Origin: Novakomyces olei
Taxonomy: Eukaryota
Direction: 5' to 3'
Length of the DNA: 64,000 nt
Assembly (NCBI GenBank): GCA_016906335.1
Contig: JADEYG010000001.1
Coordinates: 186,001-250,000, forward strand
Position 1 is the first letter of the stretch. Each line of letters starts with the position of its first letter. Positions 38,571-50,437 of the stretch are shown piece by piece. Under the pieces are notes generated by a model, which was not told where the DNA came from, ran no database searches, and saw nothing but the letters and a program-made list of their open reading frames with translations. A program made the position numbers and the translations under genes.

Positions 38571-40728
38571 AAGGAACACCCGACAATTTGAGATAAAATG
38601 AAAAAGAGGCATAAAGGTAAAGAAAATTCAAAGTGATCAACGCGTAAAATAGTGAAAGAAAAAGAAAAAAACGCGTTCAGAAGTCGACTTTTACACACAG
38701 CCGTGAGTTAAAGACTTGAAGTAGAAAGAAAGATATTGAAAGCGTTTTATAGACGCGTCATGCTGTGAAACGCCCTCTTTAGAGTCGTGATAACTCGAGG
38801 TTATTGTGGCCCTCTGCTTTGTTTTTGGTCAGGAAGAAGTACGCGAAAGCAGCCGCTTTATATATTTTACGCCAGAGAGAAAACCCTTGACACATACGTG
38901 GTGGATAACGCGGTTTTCAAGAATACGTTTCCCGTTTCAGTCGTCATAGCAACGCTACCGTATAAGTGTCATAAGCCCTAAACCATGCTTTTCTGCCAAA
39001 TATCATCTGCCTAAGTTACGCTGGGGGCCGGGCCAATTCGGACTTTATTGTCTGTGGATGATGCAGATGGCACGAAGTATCAGGCCTCCAAAAGACAATA
39101 AGGCGGGAAAATTCCCGTCTGTTGGACACATATATCGTCGCTATACGATAGATTTGATTTCAACACATCTTTCTATATTATCTGCTGTCCAAAAAGTAGC
39201 AACACAAAATACGATAATCAAGTTTGTCCGCCTCTGTCCACCTGTTGCTTAGTACTCGACAATAAGTCTTTGCCCAAAATAATCAAATAAACAATCAATA
39301 CAATTAATTACGTCACGCGTCACGGGCTTAACATTGTAAACACCTTCTTACCTTCCGTTGCTCCGTAGTTGCTCCGTGGTTCGCCTCGACATCAAGAGCC
39401 AAGCATACATGCATAACTGAAGTCCCCAAAGCGTTCTGCATGTACGAGGCGCCTCAATGGATCGCATACTGCACATCTTCAAGCGCATTCAAGCAAATAA
39501 CGGGCTTTGTGTAATCTAGCCAAAAAGTAGCAATCCTGGAAGCCCAACGACTAAACAGGTACTCGTCCTGGGCCAGGTCAATGACGACGCCAGCACGGCC
39601 TCTCCATTGCATAGTGCCGCCCTTATTAAAAGTGCTGCTCAAATCAGTAGACACGTGCACTGCTTCAATGTTCGTTTGCAGCATACAATCTAGAATTTCC
39701 GCTGGAATTTACGCTTTGTTCCAAGGGCGCATCCCAAAAAGCCCACATACAGGCGGCATAAAACCAGAACACTTACAGCAAGGTACAACACAAGACAGAA
39801 GAAAGAGAACAACCTGGTCTAGAAAGCAGTTTCAAGCCATTACCCTTCTAATCTATTCTTTGAGCGTGAAAAGCAAGCCAACTTCGTCGTCTATCTCTGT
39901 TACAAATCAGCAGTAATTGCATTGGTGTTCTGAAATCACGGCTTTCAAAAAAGAACAATTTCTGAATGCCTATGAGTACATTATTTTCGTTTATCTTCCG
40001 CGAGAGCCATTAGCAAAGCATATATATGTTGAATCGAGATTTTACAACAATGACGCTAAACGACATATACAATGTATATCCAGAAAGTCAACCGTATGTT
40101 ATTGTCAATGAAAATATATCAGAGCATTCAGCAAGCTACAACAAAAACAAAGCTTTCCTTCTGATTAAAGTAAAATTTTGATAACCATAACATCTTAAGA
40201 TTTCTTTTTGAAAATTTTCTCAAAAATCTGAAAACGTTCTGCAAATTCAAATATACCCAGGGGGCACGAAGACTGACTGTTGCGAAGTATTGCCCAATTA
40301 TAGCAAACAGCATTATAAAAGGCTAAATACAGGCCGAGAGTTTGAATCGGGACCTCAGTCAAACCAAGACCTTTCAAAGGTAAGAAAGTGACAACAGAAA
40401 AAGGACATTACTGGCAATAAATAGAGTTGAAAGCCTAGTATTTAGAACATTAAAAATGGCCGTGAAAATAAAAATATTGAGAAAAAAATGTTTGAAATTA
40501 AGAGAACACAGAAAACAAGTCAATAAGTTACGAGGAAGAGGTAATGTTTCATAGAGTAAGCATTTAGATAAGCTCAATTTAAGCCTGATATAACGTGGAG
40601 GCTCAAACTGAATCTTTGTGAAACTGCAAATATAAATTCGCGCCCGCAAATAACATTGACTCCTGAGACCAAAAACAATAAAAAGCAAAAATAGAAGCAT
40701 AATCAAAAAATGACAAAAAAAAACAGAA

Positions 40729-40759
<31 letters not shown>

Positions 40760-41243
40760 CAACTATAATGCAGTAATTGAGGCGGATAAGTTCTAGATGA
40801 AAAGACATTTCAATCTTGCCAAGTCCTAGAGCACCTTAACCCTTAAGTTCACAATTTGCCGCGCCACATTGGAATGTCTTCTCTAACGTGTTGCACAAAG
40901 TCGCAAGATATCTTTTAAAACATTGACGTATGAGGGAAAATGCCGCGGAAAAGTCAACTACGAGCGACTTTGCACGGCTTTGGGCCAAAAGTCTCGGCGG
41001 ATCCGTCACGAGTAAGCAAGTTGATTTGGATTTGGATTTGGATTTACTATTTATTTATTTATATTCATATTTCAATAGTACATAATTGTGCTGCTTGCTA
41101 TACTTTTGCTGTAGTATTACACGCTGGCTTTATTTAGTTTTCTAATTACTTTCCTGCTTTTCCCAGTACATTTTGTTGAATTATTTAAGTTATGTTGAAG
41201 TTCGAACGGCTGATTATCTGACTGTAGAAAAGAATGTAAAGGT

Positions 41244-41314
41244 CCCCCCCCCCCCCCCCCCCCCCCCCCAAGGCTCAGAGGCGCTGTCAGGGATATATAT
41301 ATATATATATATAT
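41244..41314. repeat. C26 homopolymer followed by (AT)11
   Basis: C run 41244-41269 and AT run 41293-41314 read directly. Confidence 0.9.
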
Positions 41315-41547
41315 CTTGTAGAGGGAGAATGTAGAATTTAGAGGAGATTTCAGTAAGTAAAGTATAGACAGAATTATCCATTAACGACAGTGATTATTTC
41401 AAATAATAATGGCAAGACACTGCTACCGCGTACCGCGGTACTGGATGGTCCTTATTAATACGAACGAGCACATTATTTCTATTAGTATTATTCATTCATT
41501 ATCTATAATATATCTTCGAGCAGATATGGCGCATGTTTTAACCTGAA

Positions 41548-42580
41548 ATGAAGGGTTGGCGGCGACGTTTGGCTGTAACGGCGCAACCGATCTTGAAAAG
41601 ATCTCATTCGAGCTCAGCGGAAGCGCTTAAACGCCATTTTGCTCAACGTCCTTCGGCGCCCAAAGTAGTGCGCCGAATACAGCCTTTAAAGACGGAGCAG
41701 CCAGTTCAACGCTCACGTCTGGGTTTGGTGTTACTTTTAGTTATGGGTGGCAGTTTTGCGACTTATGCTTCCTATATCATTAGTCGGACTTGGAAAGATG
41801 TAAAGACTTTTGAGGAAGCAGAGCAGATTGAGGCTGCGGCTTATGACCAAAGCAAAGTTACACAAATATATGATGCCAATGCTTCGTCGTTTGACGCTTG
41901 TGTTAGATTCGACGAATGGCTAATGGGGTTAACGCGTCTGCGGGAAAACCTGGTTCAATCTTTGGAGGTAAATTTTGAAAATCGCAATTTTGACGAATTT
42001 CTTTTTGGTTTTGGGTCGAATGTTTTAAATGCTTTGTCGACTCTTGACACTTTAGTATTCTAACGTTTAGGGGTCTGTGGTGGAAGTCGCAGCAGGCACG
42101 GGTAGGAATTTGGAGTTTTACAAGTTTGGGCGTTTAAAGGACCTCACATTGGTTGATGGCTCAGAGCAGATGTTGAAGTGCGCACAATCACGAAGTGAAC
42201 AGATTCCCACTGCTCAGCGTGGTAAAATTCGGTTCATTGCAGCGCCTCTTGAATCATCGGGATTAGAAGAGCATTCGTACGATGCCGTAGTTGACACTAT
42301 GGGTCTCTGCTCGTTTCCTGATTGTTCTCGGGCGCTGGAGCAAATGGCACGGCTGGCCAAACCGGGCGGGAAGCTCGTGTTATTGGAACACGGAAGGTCG
42401 ACATGGTCGATCATAAATCGTGTTCTAGACGCATACGCGACTCGACACAGGGCAAAATATGGATGTACGTGGAACCGCGATATTGAAGGTGTTGTACGCG
42501 CCTATCCGGGTATTGAAATCGAACGGTTTGAGAGGTGTAATTTTGGAACTACATTTATTATTGTTGCACGGGTGCTGTAA
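41548..42580 (+). CDS. OMS1: Mitochondrial SAM-dependent methyltransferase Oms1-like (1 intron)
   Basis: Basic presequence, TM segment, YDANASSFD..V..DEWLMG, VEVAAGTGRN, YDAVVDTMGLCS, LLEHGRS, GCTWNRDI. Confidence 0.85.
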
Positions 42581-42964
42581 TCCTTTTCGCACATAGGCGT
42601 AATTGTTTTGTTAGTTTAATTATGAATGAATACCAGCATTGATTTGCACTGTTTTTGAGTACAGTCCTGCTGCATTTTCAGGTCCTTTTTGAAAAGGTTC
42701 CCTGTGATTAGGATAACTGGGTAGAGCGAGCATGTTTATTATAAAGTGTTCTTCTCCATCACGCAGTATATTAACCCTAATCCTAACAGTAATTATATAG
42801 CAAATTTACTTTAATATATGTCAACGTGAATTGTATCGCTCCTTGCACGTGGTAGATCTGTAACCAACCAACGCTGTAAATATATGTCATAATAGTTCCC
42901 AGAAATTATTAATTAATAAAAAATAATTAATAAAATAGTTGTAGACTACAGCAAACCGTCAGTC

Positions 42965-45007
42965 ATGGAAGGCAATGGTGTAAAACACGATGCTGGTGCG
43001 GAAAGACGGCAGCAAATTGAACGCGTGTTGTTAGGACAATTTCCGGATGAAGCGGATCGATCTTCGGCGGAAACAGAACGGTTAGACTCAAATGAACATG
43101 AAGACGGAGCCACCAACGGTAGCAATAACAATAATAATGATTATGATGATAATGAAGTGAGCGGTGGCAAATGTGCAGAATGTGAGGATGAGCAGGGTGA
43201 AATTTGCTGCGTTCAATGCAACGAAAAATTCTGCCAAGTTTGTTGCCTTTCTGTAATCCATAGAACAGGCAAGCGCCGAAGACACAAGCTGCTTGTTGCA
43301 GAGACTAACGAACCGATCTCGCAAAGGGATCGGGATCAGTTGGAAACAGGGATAACCTTAGCGGCTTTGCGAGGCTCCAAGAAGGAAGAAAGTCACCAGT
43401 CACCGCTAGCTTTGAAAAAATCAAGCCAGAATAAGGAAAAGGACCGAGATAGAGGTCATTCAGGTTCACACAACGCTTCCGAGTCAGACTCTACCGACTC
43501 ATCAGACGACGAAGCTTCGCCTTACATGGACGTTGATTCCGGCGCTGGGATAGAGAAAAACGTGGACGAGACGCTACGATTACGGGTCAAAGAAAGAGCT
43601 GCACATATACCACTTCGTCTTGGATTCGAGGAGAGGAAAGGCATGCGACTGCTCGAAGCGGCTCTCAATGTTTCCGAATACACGGACAAAGTCGATATTA
43701 TTTCATATACTTCAAAAACAAAACGAATAGTAGCTCAGCTCAAGGAGATCTGTTCTGTGCTTAGCGGCTTATTAGTGGCCTCCGACATTAAACGCGGACA
43801 AGAGTTGCTCAATGATCGAGATTTCGCTCAAAATGCTAGTTTTTACCGACACATTTTTGAGTTGGGTCGCCGATACAAGATCATGAACCCGGATCGTATG
43901 CGTGCCTCTTATGGGAAATTAATGTATATGGTCCAGGACTCTTTGCTGCCCGAGGTTGAAGACGTATTAGGCTTTAATCTATACTCCCCCATTGTAACAG
44001 TGGGCCGAAGACTGGCCGAGCTTGGTGTTGAAGATTTATTGGACGATAATCTGATTGTTGCTGCTACAAAGGAAATTATCGCCACCGGCAAATCACGGGC
44101 TACTGTGCAATTAGAGATTAGGGATAAAGAACGGGCTATCGAATCTCTGTGCAAAAAGTTCTCCGCTCGTGTTGCACAGCGTTCGGGGAGCAGCCATTCG
44201 GAAGCACGTGAGTCATTGAGGCAGTGTGTCTATTCTGTCGGTGATAATTCCGCCTTTTTACGATTTAACCGTGATCCTGTTCAGAGGATCCAGGCTTATT
44301 TGCATCGGTACTTTTTGCCCGATCAGCCGGTTGCTAAAGAGTATTCTCTCGCTATAGCGGCCGGACGCAGTGGCGCGAGACTCACGCATTCACATCAAAA
44401 GCAGTTCCAATACGTGAATCAAAGCTTGATTTTATGGAATATGATCATGGACGATATGTTTTTGCTTTGGACTTTGACGGACACAGATCTGCTTTCTAAA
44501 ACAACGACGAGGTACCGTCTAATGGACACCGGCCAAGGATTTAATCGTGTACAAGCTTGCCCCCAAATTTCCAGAGCAATGCATAAAATCTTGTATCGTG
44601 CACAAGCTCGAGCGGGGCATTGGCTGGGTAGTAGCGCTATTCACTTGGGAGATCATAATGTACCAAACGCTTTAATGTTTATCGACAAGTACCTTCAAGT
44701 CCCTCGGATCCTGAATCCTATTGTGCTGGTTATGGAGCAGCTGCCGCAGCTTATGCATGATCCCTTTATTGCAAAGTACATTGAAAGCTCGTTTGGCAGT
44801 TTGATGGACCTAGAGCAAACTATTCTCTCCGACTTCTTCCGGTATGCCTTTGATGGCTCCGGAGCCGACTCGTCGTATGACGCTGGGTCGTGTATAGACG
44901 GACGCCTAACTTCCGCATGGAATTGGGCCAATCAAATCGAAAAGAAACCGTTTTACCGCGTTTTTCTCATGGCTGGGTTTTCGGGCTTTGACGGTTCCGG
45001 ATTTTAA
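42965..45007 (+). CDS. UPF0652/DUF2009 protein with N-terminal B-box zinc finger
   Basis: CAECED..CVQC.EKFCQVC..H..GKRRRH; IPLRL..EERK, RRYKIMNPDRMR, GARLTHSH, AGSCIDGRLTSAWNW. Confidence 0.88.
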   Translation: MEGNGVKHDAGAERRQQIERVLLGQFPDEADRSSAETERLDSNEHEDGATNGSNNNNNDYDDNEVSGGKCAECEDEQGEICCVQCNEKFCQVCCLSVIHRTGKRRRHKLLVAETNEPISQRDRDQLETGITLAALRGSKKEESHQSPLALKKSSQNKEKDRDRGHSGSHNASESDSTDSSDDEASPYMDVDSGAGIEKNVDETLRLRVKERAAHIPLRLGFEERKGMRLLEAALNVSEYTDKVDIISYTSKTKRIVAQLKEICSVLSGLLVASDIKRGQELLNDRDFAQNASFYRHIFELGRRYKIMNPDRMRASYGKLMYMVQDSLLPEVEDVLGFNLYSPIVTVGRRLAELGVEDLLDDNLIVAATKEIIATGKSRATVQLEIRDKERAIESLCKKFSARVAQRSGSSHSEARESLRQCVYSVGDNSAFLRFNRDPVQRIQAYLHRYFLPDQPVAKEYSLAIAAGRSGARLTHSHQKQFQYVNQSLILWNMIMDDMFLLWTLTDTDLLSKTTTRYRLMDTGQGFNRVQACPQISRAMHKILYRAQARAGHWLGSSAIHLGDHNVPNALMFIDKYLQVPRILNPIVLVMEQLPQLMHDPFIAKYIESSFGSLMDLEQTILSDFFRYAFDGSGADSSYDAGSCIDGRLTSAWNWANQIEKKPFYRVFLMAGFSGFDGSGF

Positions 45008-45572
45008 CAGGTAAAGTTTGATCGAGTAAATATAAGAGGATGTGGTATTGGACTGGTACATAAATGTTTAATTGGATAAGGAATGAGATTGCAATATCGC
45101 GGATCATGTATAAGATTATATGCGCACTTGGTCCTTTCTTTATTTTTATGGAAGCAGACGTGTATTTCAAGGACAATCTGGGCTGAACAGGTGCATAATG
45201 ATGAAAAAAGATCTCTATTGCTATTGTTCTTTATGAAAAAAAGCAAATAGAATACTAGACATTAAAATTTAGAGCAAATTGAAATGAGTTCACACCAGTC
45301 CTCCGTCCTTTAAAGACAACTTTCTACAATAATAAATGTGCTTTACTAATTTCGGAATTACAGTGCCAGAGTACTTTAAAGCGACGCTGTTTTGCGGTAG
45401 AAATAATCTGTTACAGTCCTCGATATTCCAAAAGCTTGAGGTGCATTGGACTAATAGTAACAATAAAAATAGTGATGACAATCAAAGAACAGCCTGAGGG
45501 AGAAAAGTTTCTATCAAATCTCTTGTAACAAACCAAAATTCTCCCCCACCTTTTTAAGAAACATGGCCCACT

Positions 45573-47014
45573 CTAACCGTCAACGGCACCGCAAACGGTT
45601 TCGAGCATGACTGCGACAACACGGTAAGGGTCAATGTTGCTAGCAGGGCGACGATCCTCAAAGTATCCCGACTTCTCGAGGTCAACAGAGCGTGGGATAC
45701 GGATTGAGCAGCCACGCTGGGCGACGCCATAAGTAAACTTTTCAATGTTCCCAGTCTCGTGCTTTCCAGTGAGACGCAGATCATTATCCTCACCGTATTC
45801 AGCAATGTGCTCCTTGTGGCGCTTGCTCAGAGCCTCAATTGCCTTGAGGATGACTTGATCACCACCCTTCTCACGCATCTTCTCGGTAGAAACGTTAGTA
45901 TGGCAGCCAGCACCGTTCCAGTCGCCCTGCAGCGGCTTCGGGTGGAAGGAGATCTTTACACCAAACTCCTCGGCGATACGGACGATAAGGAAACGGGCCA
46001 TCCACAGGTCATCGCCCATAGTCACACCCTCACAGGGGCCAACTTGGAATTCCCACTGAGAGGGCATAACCTCAGCATTGATACCAGAGATGTTTACACC
46101 AGAGTACAAGCAGGCCTTGTAGTGGGCCTCCACGATATCACGGCAAAAGACTTTGCCAGTGCCAACACCGCAATAGTAAGGACCCTGCGGGCCGGGGAAG
46201 CCGTTCTTGGGCCAACCGTAGGGGCGGTTATCGTCGCCGAGGAGAGTGTACTCCTGCTCAATACCGAACCAGGTATGGTGGCCCTTGTACTTATCCGAAA
46301 GCTCGGCGGCACGAGCACGGTGATTGCTCTTGTGAGGCTTTCCGTCGGGCGTATATGTGTCGGCAATTACAATGATGTTATCGCCTCGGCGGAAGGGATC
46401 GCGGTAGATAGCGCGAGGCCTTAGCAGAATGTCAGAGCCCTCGGGGCCTTGAATATTAGACAAGGTGATCGATCAATGACGGAATCAAATGCAATTATTA
46501 AATCAAAAGAAAAGTAAAAGCTTCGTGCACAACTTTGAGTAGCACGCACGGAAAAGAGAACATTGAAAGGAACAAGGACGAATGACAAGACAGCGATAAT
46601 GTGAGTGGGCAGAAATAGTGAGCGGGCGGGAATAAAGTCAAACGGTACGAAAACAGGCCATCAATGAATAGAGCAAAAAGTCAAAAAATTAAAAAATAAA
46701 ATAAAAGCAACGTTGCGCAAAGGAATTGAATGATTGAGCGAGTATAGAAAGGCGCTTACCCTCCGAAGTGGCCTGGCCAGTAGAAGAGCCGTCAAAGTTC
46801 CATTCCTTGAGCTGATCAAGAGACGTGATTTTTTTGGGAAAAGTCGTGGTTTTTGAACGGACCTCATTGTCCGCATCAATCCACACATACTCTGCCATAA
46901 TATGGCCTCCCTGGTCCAGATCGATGTATTTCAACAGCTTGATAAAGTCAGTAAAGGGATGGCGCTTAATGAAATTACGTTGGCGGTATTCGAGATGGTA
47001 GTTGATTCTGCCAT
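45573..47014 (-). CDS. GLN1: Glutamine synthetase type II (2 introns)
   Basis: [77 protein letters not shown]. Confidence 0.97.
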
Positions 47015-47358
47015 GGTGAATGAAGCGCGAGCAGCTTAATTGTTTTCTCTAAAGAACAATTGTTGTACTTTAACGTACGAGCAGATGATCCGCGGCAAAC
47101 AAAAGGTTTGCTGTGCAGAGATTCTCTGTGCGCTGTGTGATTGGAGCTTTTTATTGTAGTGCGCCTTCAAGTTTATGGCCAGGAAAATTAAGTATCGGTC
47201 GTGCCCTTTAGGCTTACTTGTCGTATGTGAATTAAATACAATGTAACTTGCAAATATACGGGCGCTATCAATTATCGTTTAGTTTAGGTCCATGTGACTG
47301 ACTAAATTCCAGCAATAATACCGCGGCGACGGCGGAACCCGCATTAAGCGTGAAAATT

Positions 47359-47371
47359 CTTATCGCTTATC
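47359..47371 (-). promoter_or_regulatory. Tandem GATAAG sites upstream of GLN1 (candidate nitrogen GATA-factor sites)
   Basis: cttatcgcttatc ~350 bp upstream of the GLN1 ATG, plus another GATAAG near 47599; GATA control of nitrogen genes is established in fungi, but function here is inferred. Confidence 0.4.
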
Positions 47372-48536
47372 TTTGAAGGGAAAAAATAGGTGACGTCCCA
47401 TTCGACGACAAGGTTTCAACTCAGTCAGTTGCAATATGCGGGTATCCATCTATTTGAAAAAAGGCACAATCTGCGCATTTGTAGCATGGATGTCTGACTT
47501 ACACATCTATGTTTAAGGCCGCAAATTACTTTGTAATTGTCTCTATTTCACTTCAGCCAAACAAGCCTGTGCGGAATAAGTCGGCGGCAGTACAAATAGA
47601 TAAGCGGCATTTTTCGGGACCAGACCTGAATTGCGCATGCCTTACTTGTGCAACCTCCATGTTCTTACGCATCCGGTACCTTAAGAAAAGAGCAGTAAGA
47701 AACTTTCAAGTAATGAGTAAGCATGAGTATGTTATGCTTTACCTCTCTCTGTATATGTGGAGATCTGATAAAGGATTCTCATCATAGCCTATATAATTCG
47801 AATAATTTTGGCTTGGTGCATTTGTCAAGTCAAAAATGAATTTTTTTTTAAAAATCATTCATAATTGGCGCCTAACTACCGTCATGCAGCACCGCATCGT
47901 AATTTGCCTTCTAGACATAAATCTGACCAAAACTCGGTAATTGAGGCAATAATCAAACGTAAAATAGTATTGACAATATTAGAGTTATCAAGCCGGAAAG
48001 GCTCGCCAAAGACTAATATCGATGCTTCTGATGACTTCAAACTATGGCTAACTTGATAATAATGCCCCAGACTAGATTGTGTAGAGTTAATTGGACCATG
48101 AAGAAATTATGTAACTCCGTACGCGTGACTGAAGTGCAATAGCTGGTCTAATATGTCAGTATTACGCGGAGCATTTGAAAGTCAAGGTCACAAATCCAGA
48201 TGACGGCAAAGTTGTCAGAAAGTTCTATTTTGTCTCTCGCCAAATACGTCGCTCACTGCAGTTGAGGTTAATGTACATAATCGAAGCTTATCTCCTATCG
48301 TTATTGAACCAATTTTATCCCCTAATCCTGTGGCTACAGTTACGCATATTTCCATAATCTGGATGCGTTGGTTGTTTATGACAAAATGCGGGTTTTAATC
48401 TAATTCCCCAATGACTCGATGATGTCACTCTAAGCATTCAATAAAATTATGAAAGGAAGCCATAAATGACGACTCGAAGAACAAAGTCGTTTACAGATAA
48501 TCCTGCAAACTACGACAAAGATTTATTGTACGCATT

Positions 48537-48827
48537 ATGCTTTCTATTGGGACAGGAGTTCGTCGAGTGACATCAGCTGGTTGGAGTTTAATGGCCGTTT
48601 CGCGTAAATTTACAGTTGCGGGATGCTTGCGAAATAATGAAGGACCAACGCCACCTGACAAGCGACAAGAAGCGCGTTCTGAAAAAGCAAAATACGTGAA
48701 TGAACGAAGCCATGCGGCACCTACACATGGCTCGGAACAGAACGTGGACCCAAAGGCGGTTGATGGAACGGATAGCTCTGAAGAACAAAAGAATCAAAAA
48801 GTCGACCAGAAATTCTGGAGCACATAG
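48537..48827 (+). CDS. Small hypothetical protein with a mitochondrial-presequence-like N-terminus
   Basis: 96-aa ATG ORF; Arg-rich, acid-free N-terminus followed by a hydrophilic tail. Confidence 0.5.
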   Translation: MLSIGTGVRRVTSAGWSLMAVSRKFTVAGCLRNNEGPTPPDKRQEARSEKAKYVNERSHAAPTHGSEQNVDPKAVDGTDSSEEQKNQKVDQKFWST

Positions 48828-49034
48828 TGCGATTTGTGACTTGTAATCATCCCCCGTTTACGATATTGATATACACTTTACTTTTTTTGGGCGCCAATTT
48901 GACTAGGGCTAGTTATAAAGCCCTGGTATACACATATTCATATAAACATGCCGAATAACAGAGGGTTATGAGCTGCTATGATCAATTTGCTTCAATCATA
49001 GGAAAAATCAATGCTAAATGACTTTATAAATAAT

Positions 49035-49877
49035 CTATTTCTTCATAGTATCTGCCAAAACTGCTGTCTTGGCATCATTGATCAATCGATCTATGCCTTT
49101 CCCCGCTTCTGAATAAACCTTTTCCACATCTCTTTTAAAATCGTTCACTAGATTAGCGCTCACTTTTTTATTTTTAAGTGTGCTCCATGTCTTTTGTACA
49201 GCTTGTCGCTGGTTTCGCAGCCGTGTTCTTAATGTCTCGCCAAACTTTGCGATATCATTGGTTAAAGCAACTCTTGATTCTCTTGTAGGCACCGGGAGAG
49301 GAATGACCAGCCCATTTGGATTTGCAGGCATGGGCTGAGGATTGAATCCTGGTATCTCTGCCACGATTGTGCGGCTAATTGGTTTAACGTAATCAGGATC
49401 ATAGCATGCAAGCTGAATCCTTCGCCCATCCACAGCAGTTATTGACGCCAGAGTCGAAAAGGAATAGACTTTGTCGCCTTGCGGTAATTTAATTGAAAGT
49501 CGCTCCAGTGCTTCTGCCTTGGATGCTGTAGCATTGCGCATTCCTTGCAAATGTTTTTCTCCCTGCTTTAATAAATCATTTGCCTCTGACTCCAACATTT
49601 CCATATTTATGAGCGAGCCAAGATCTACCAGTTCACCCGATTCGTCATCTTCCTTGGTGCTGCTTCCATGTTTTTTCCCGCCCGAACCGCGCTTGTCGCT
49701 TTTTTTAGCGCATGGAGGGCTTATGTGGAGTAAGGCACAATTTGTCATTGAAGTAGAGCTCTCATTTGCCCATCGGAAATTATTTGAATTGTTTGTGTTC
49801 AGCACAGAAAGATTTGCGCCAGCCGGGCTTAGGCTCCTGCAATCTATGCGCAGAATCGGCCTCAGTCGCCTAATCAT
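49035..49877 (-). CDS. RRF1: Mitochondrial ribosome recycling factor
   Basis: Presequence; LASI....GRRI..YDP..VKPI, FNPQP, VIPLPVPTRESR, LRNQRQ RRF pattern. Confidence 0.8.
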   Translation of the reverse strand: MIRRLRPILRIDCRSLSPAGANLSVLNTNNSNNFRWANESSTSMTNCALLHISPPCAKKSDKRGSGGKKHGSSTKEDDESGELVDLGSLINMEMLESEANDLLKQGEKHLQGMRNATASKAEALERLSIKLPQGDKVYSFSTLASITAVDGRRIQLACYDPDYVKPISRTIVAEIPGFNPQPMPANPNGLVIPLPVPTRESRVALTNDIAKFGETLRTRLRNQRQAVQKTWSTLKNKKVSANLVNDFKRDVEKVYSEAGKGIDRLINDAKTAVLADTMKK

Positions 49878-50437
49878 TTTGTGGGCTTCGAAGTTGATGA
49901 CAAAATTTAATGCACTACAGATTGTGTATTCTTTTTACCATAGTATTTTATTTTTTTATCTATTTTTTAATTATTATCATAAACTCGAATAATTATTTAA
50001 CAGCACCTTATAGCATTACCCTTAGGGTTACATCTCTGGCGAAATTGAGCAAGATAAGAGTCTAAACTATGGCAGATCAGAGATAGTAAAATAGTTTCTA
50101 GTAGTTCAAAGGAGTTTGCCGCATTTCATTCTCAAGACTATAAAATATAAGGCAATTTAGGCTAAGCTTTGTTAAAGCAAGCACGTTGTACTATTATTAA
50201 ACTATACGTGGTCTTTGATTCGACGGCGTTTTCCTTGTGAATGCGCCTTGGGCACCTGGCTTTCATCAAACACCAGACTATGTTTGCTCCGCTCACTATA
50301 AGGCGTTGTTAGCGAAAGGCTTGCAGGAGGCATGAATAGTACTCATATAAATAAAAATACATGAAACGTTGAATGTGGATTTTAAAACATGAAAATAAAG
50401 ATAAAAACTCAAATTGTAACATGTATTTGAAGAAGAG

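Larger units (their letters stand above)
30597..41173 (+). repeat. Left arm of a large inverted repeat (partner 53245-60062)
   Basis: Reverse-complement match to 53245-60062; mirrored ORF translations, e.g. 39454-39684(-) equals 54749-54979(+), and 40374-40808(-) matches 53625-54059(+) except one residue. Confidence 0.97.

Noticed and set aside
45759-46424. 221-aa ORF antisense to GLN1 (likewise 49471-49992 and 26171-26518)
   Set aside because: An antisense shadow of a codon-biased gene.
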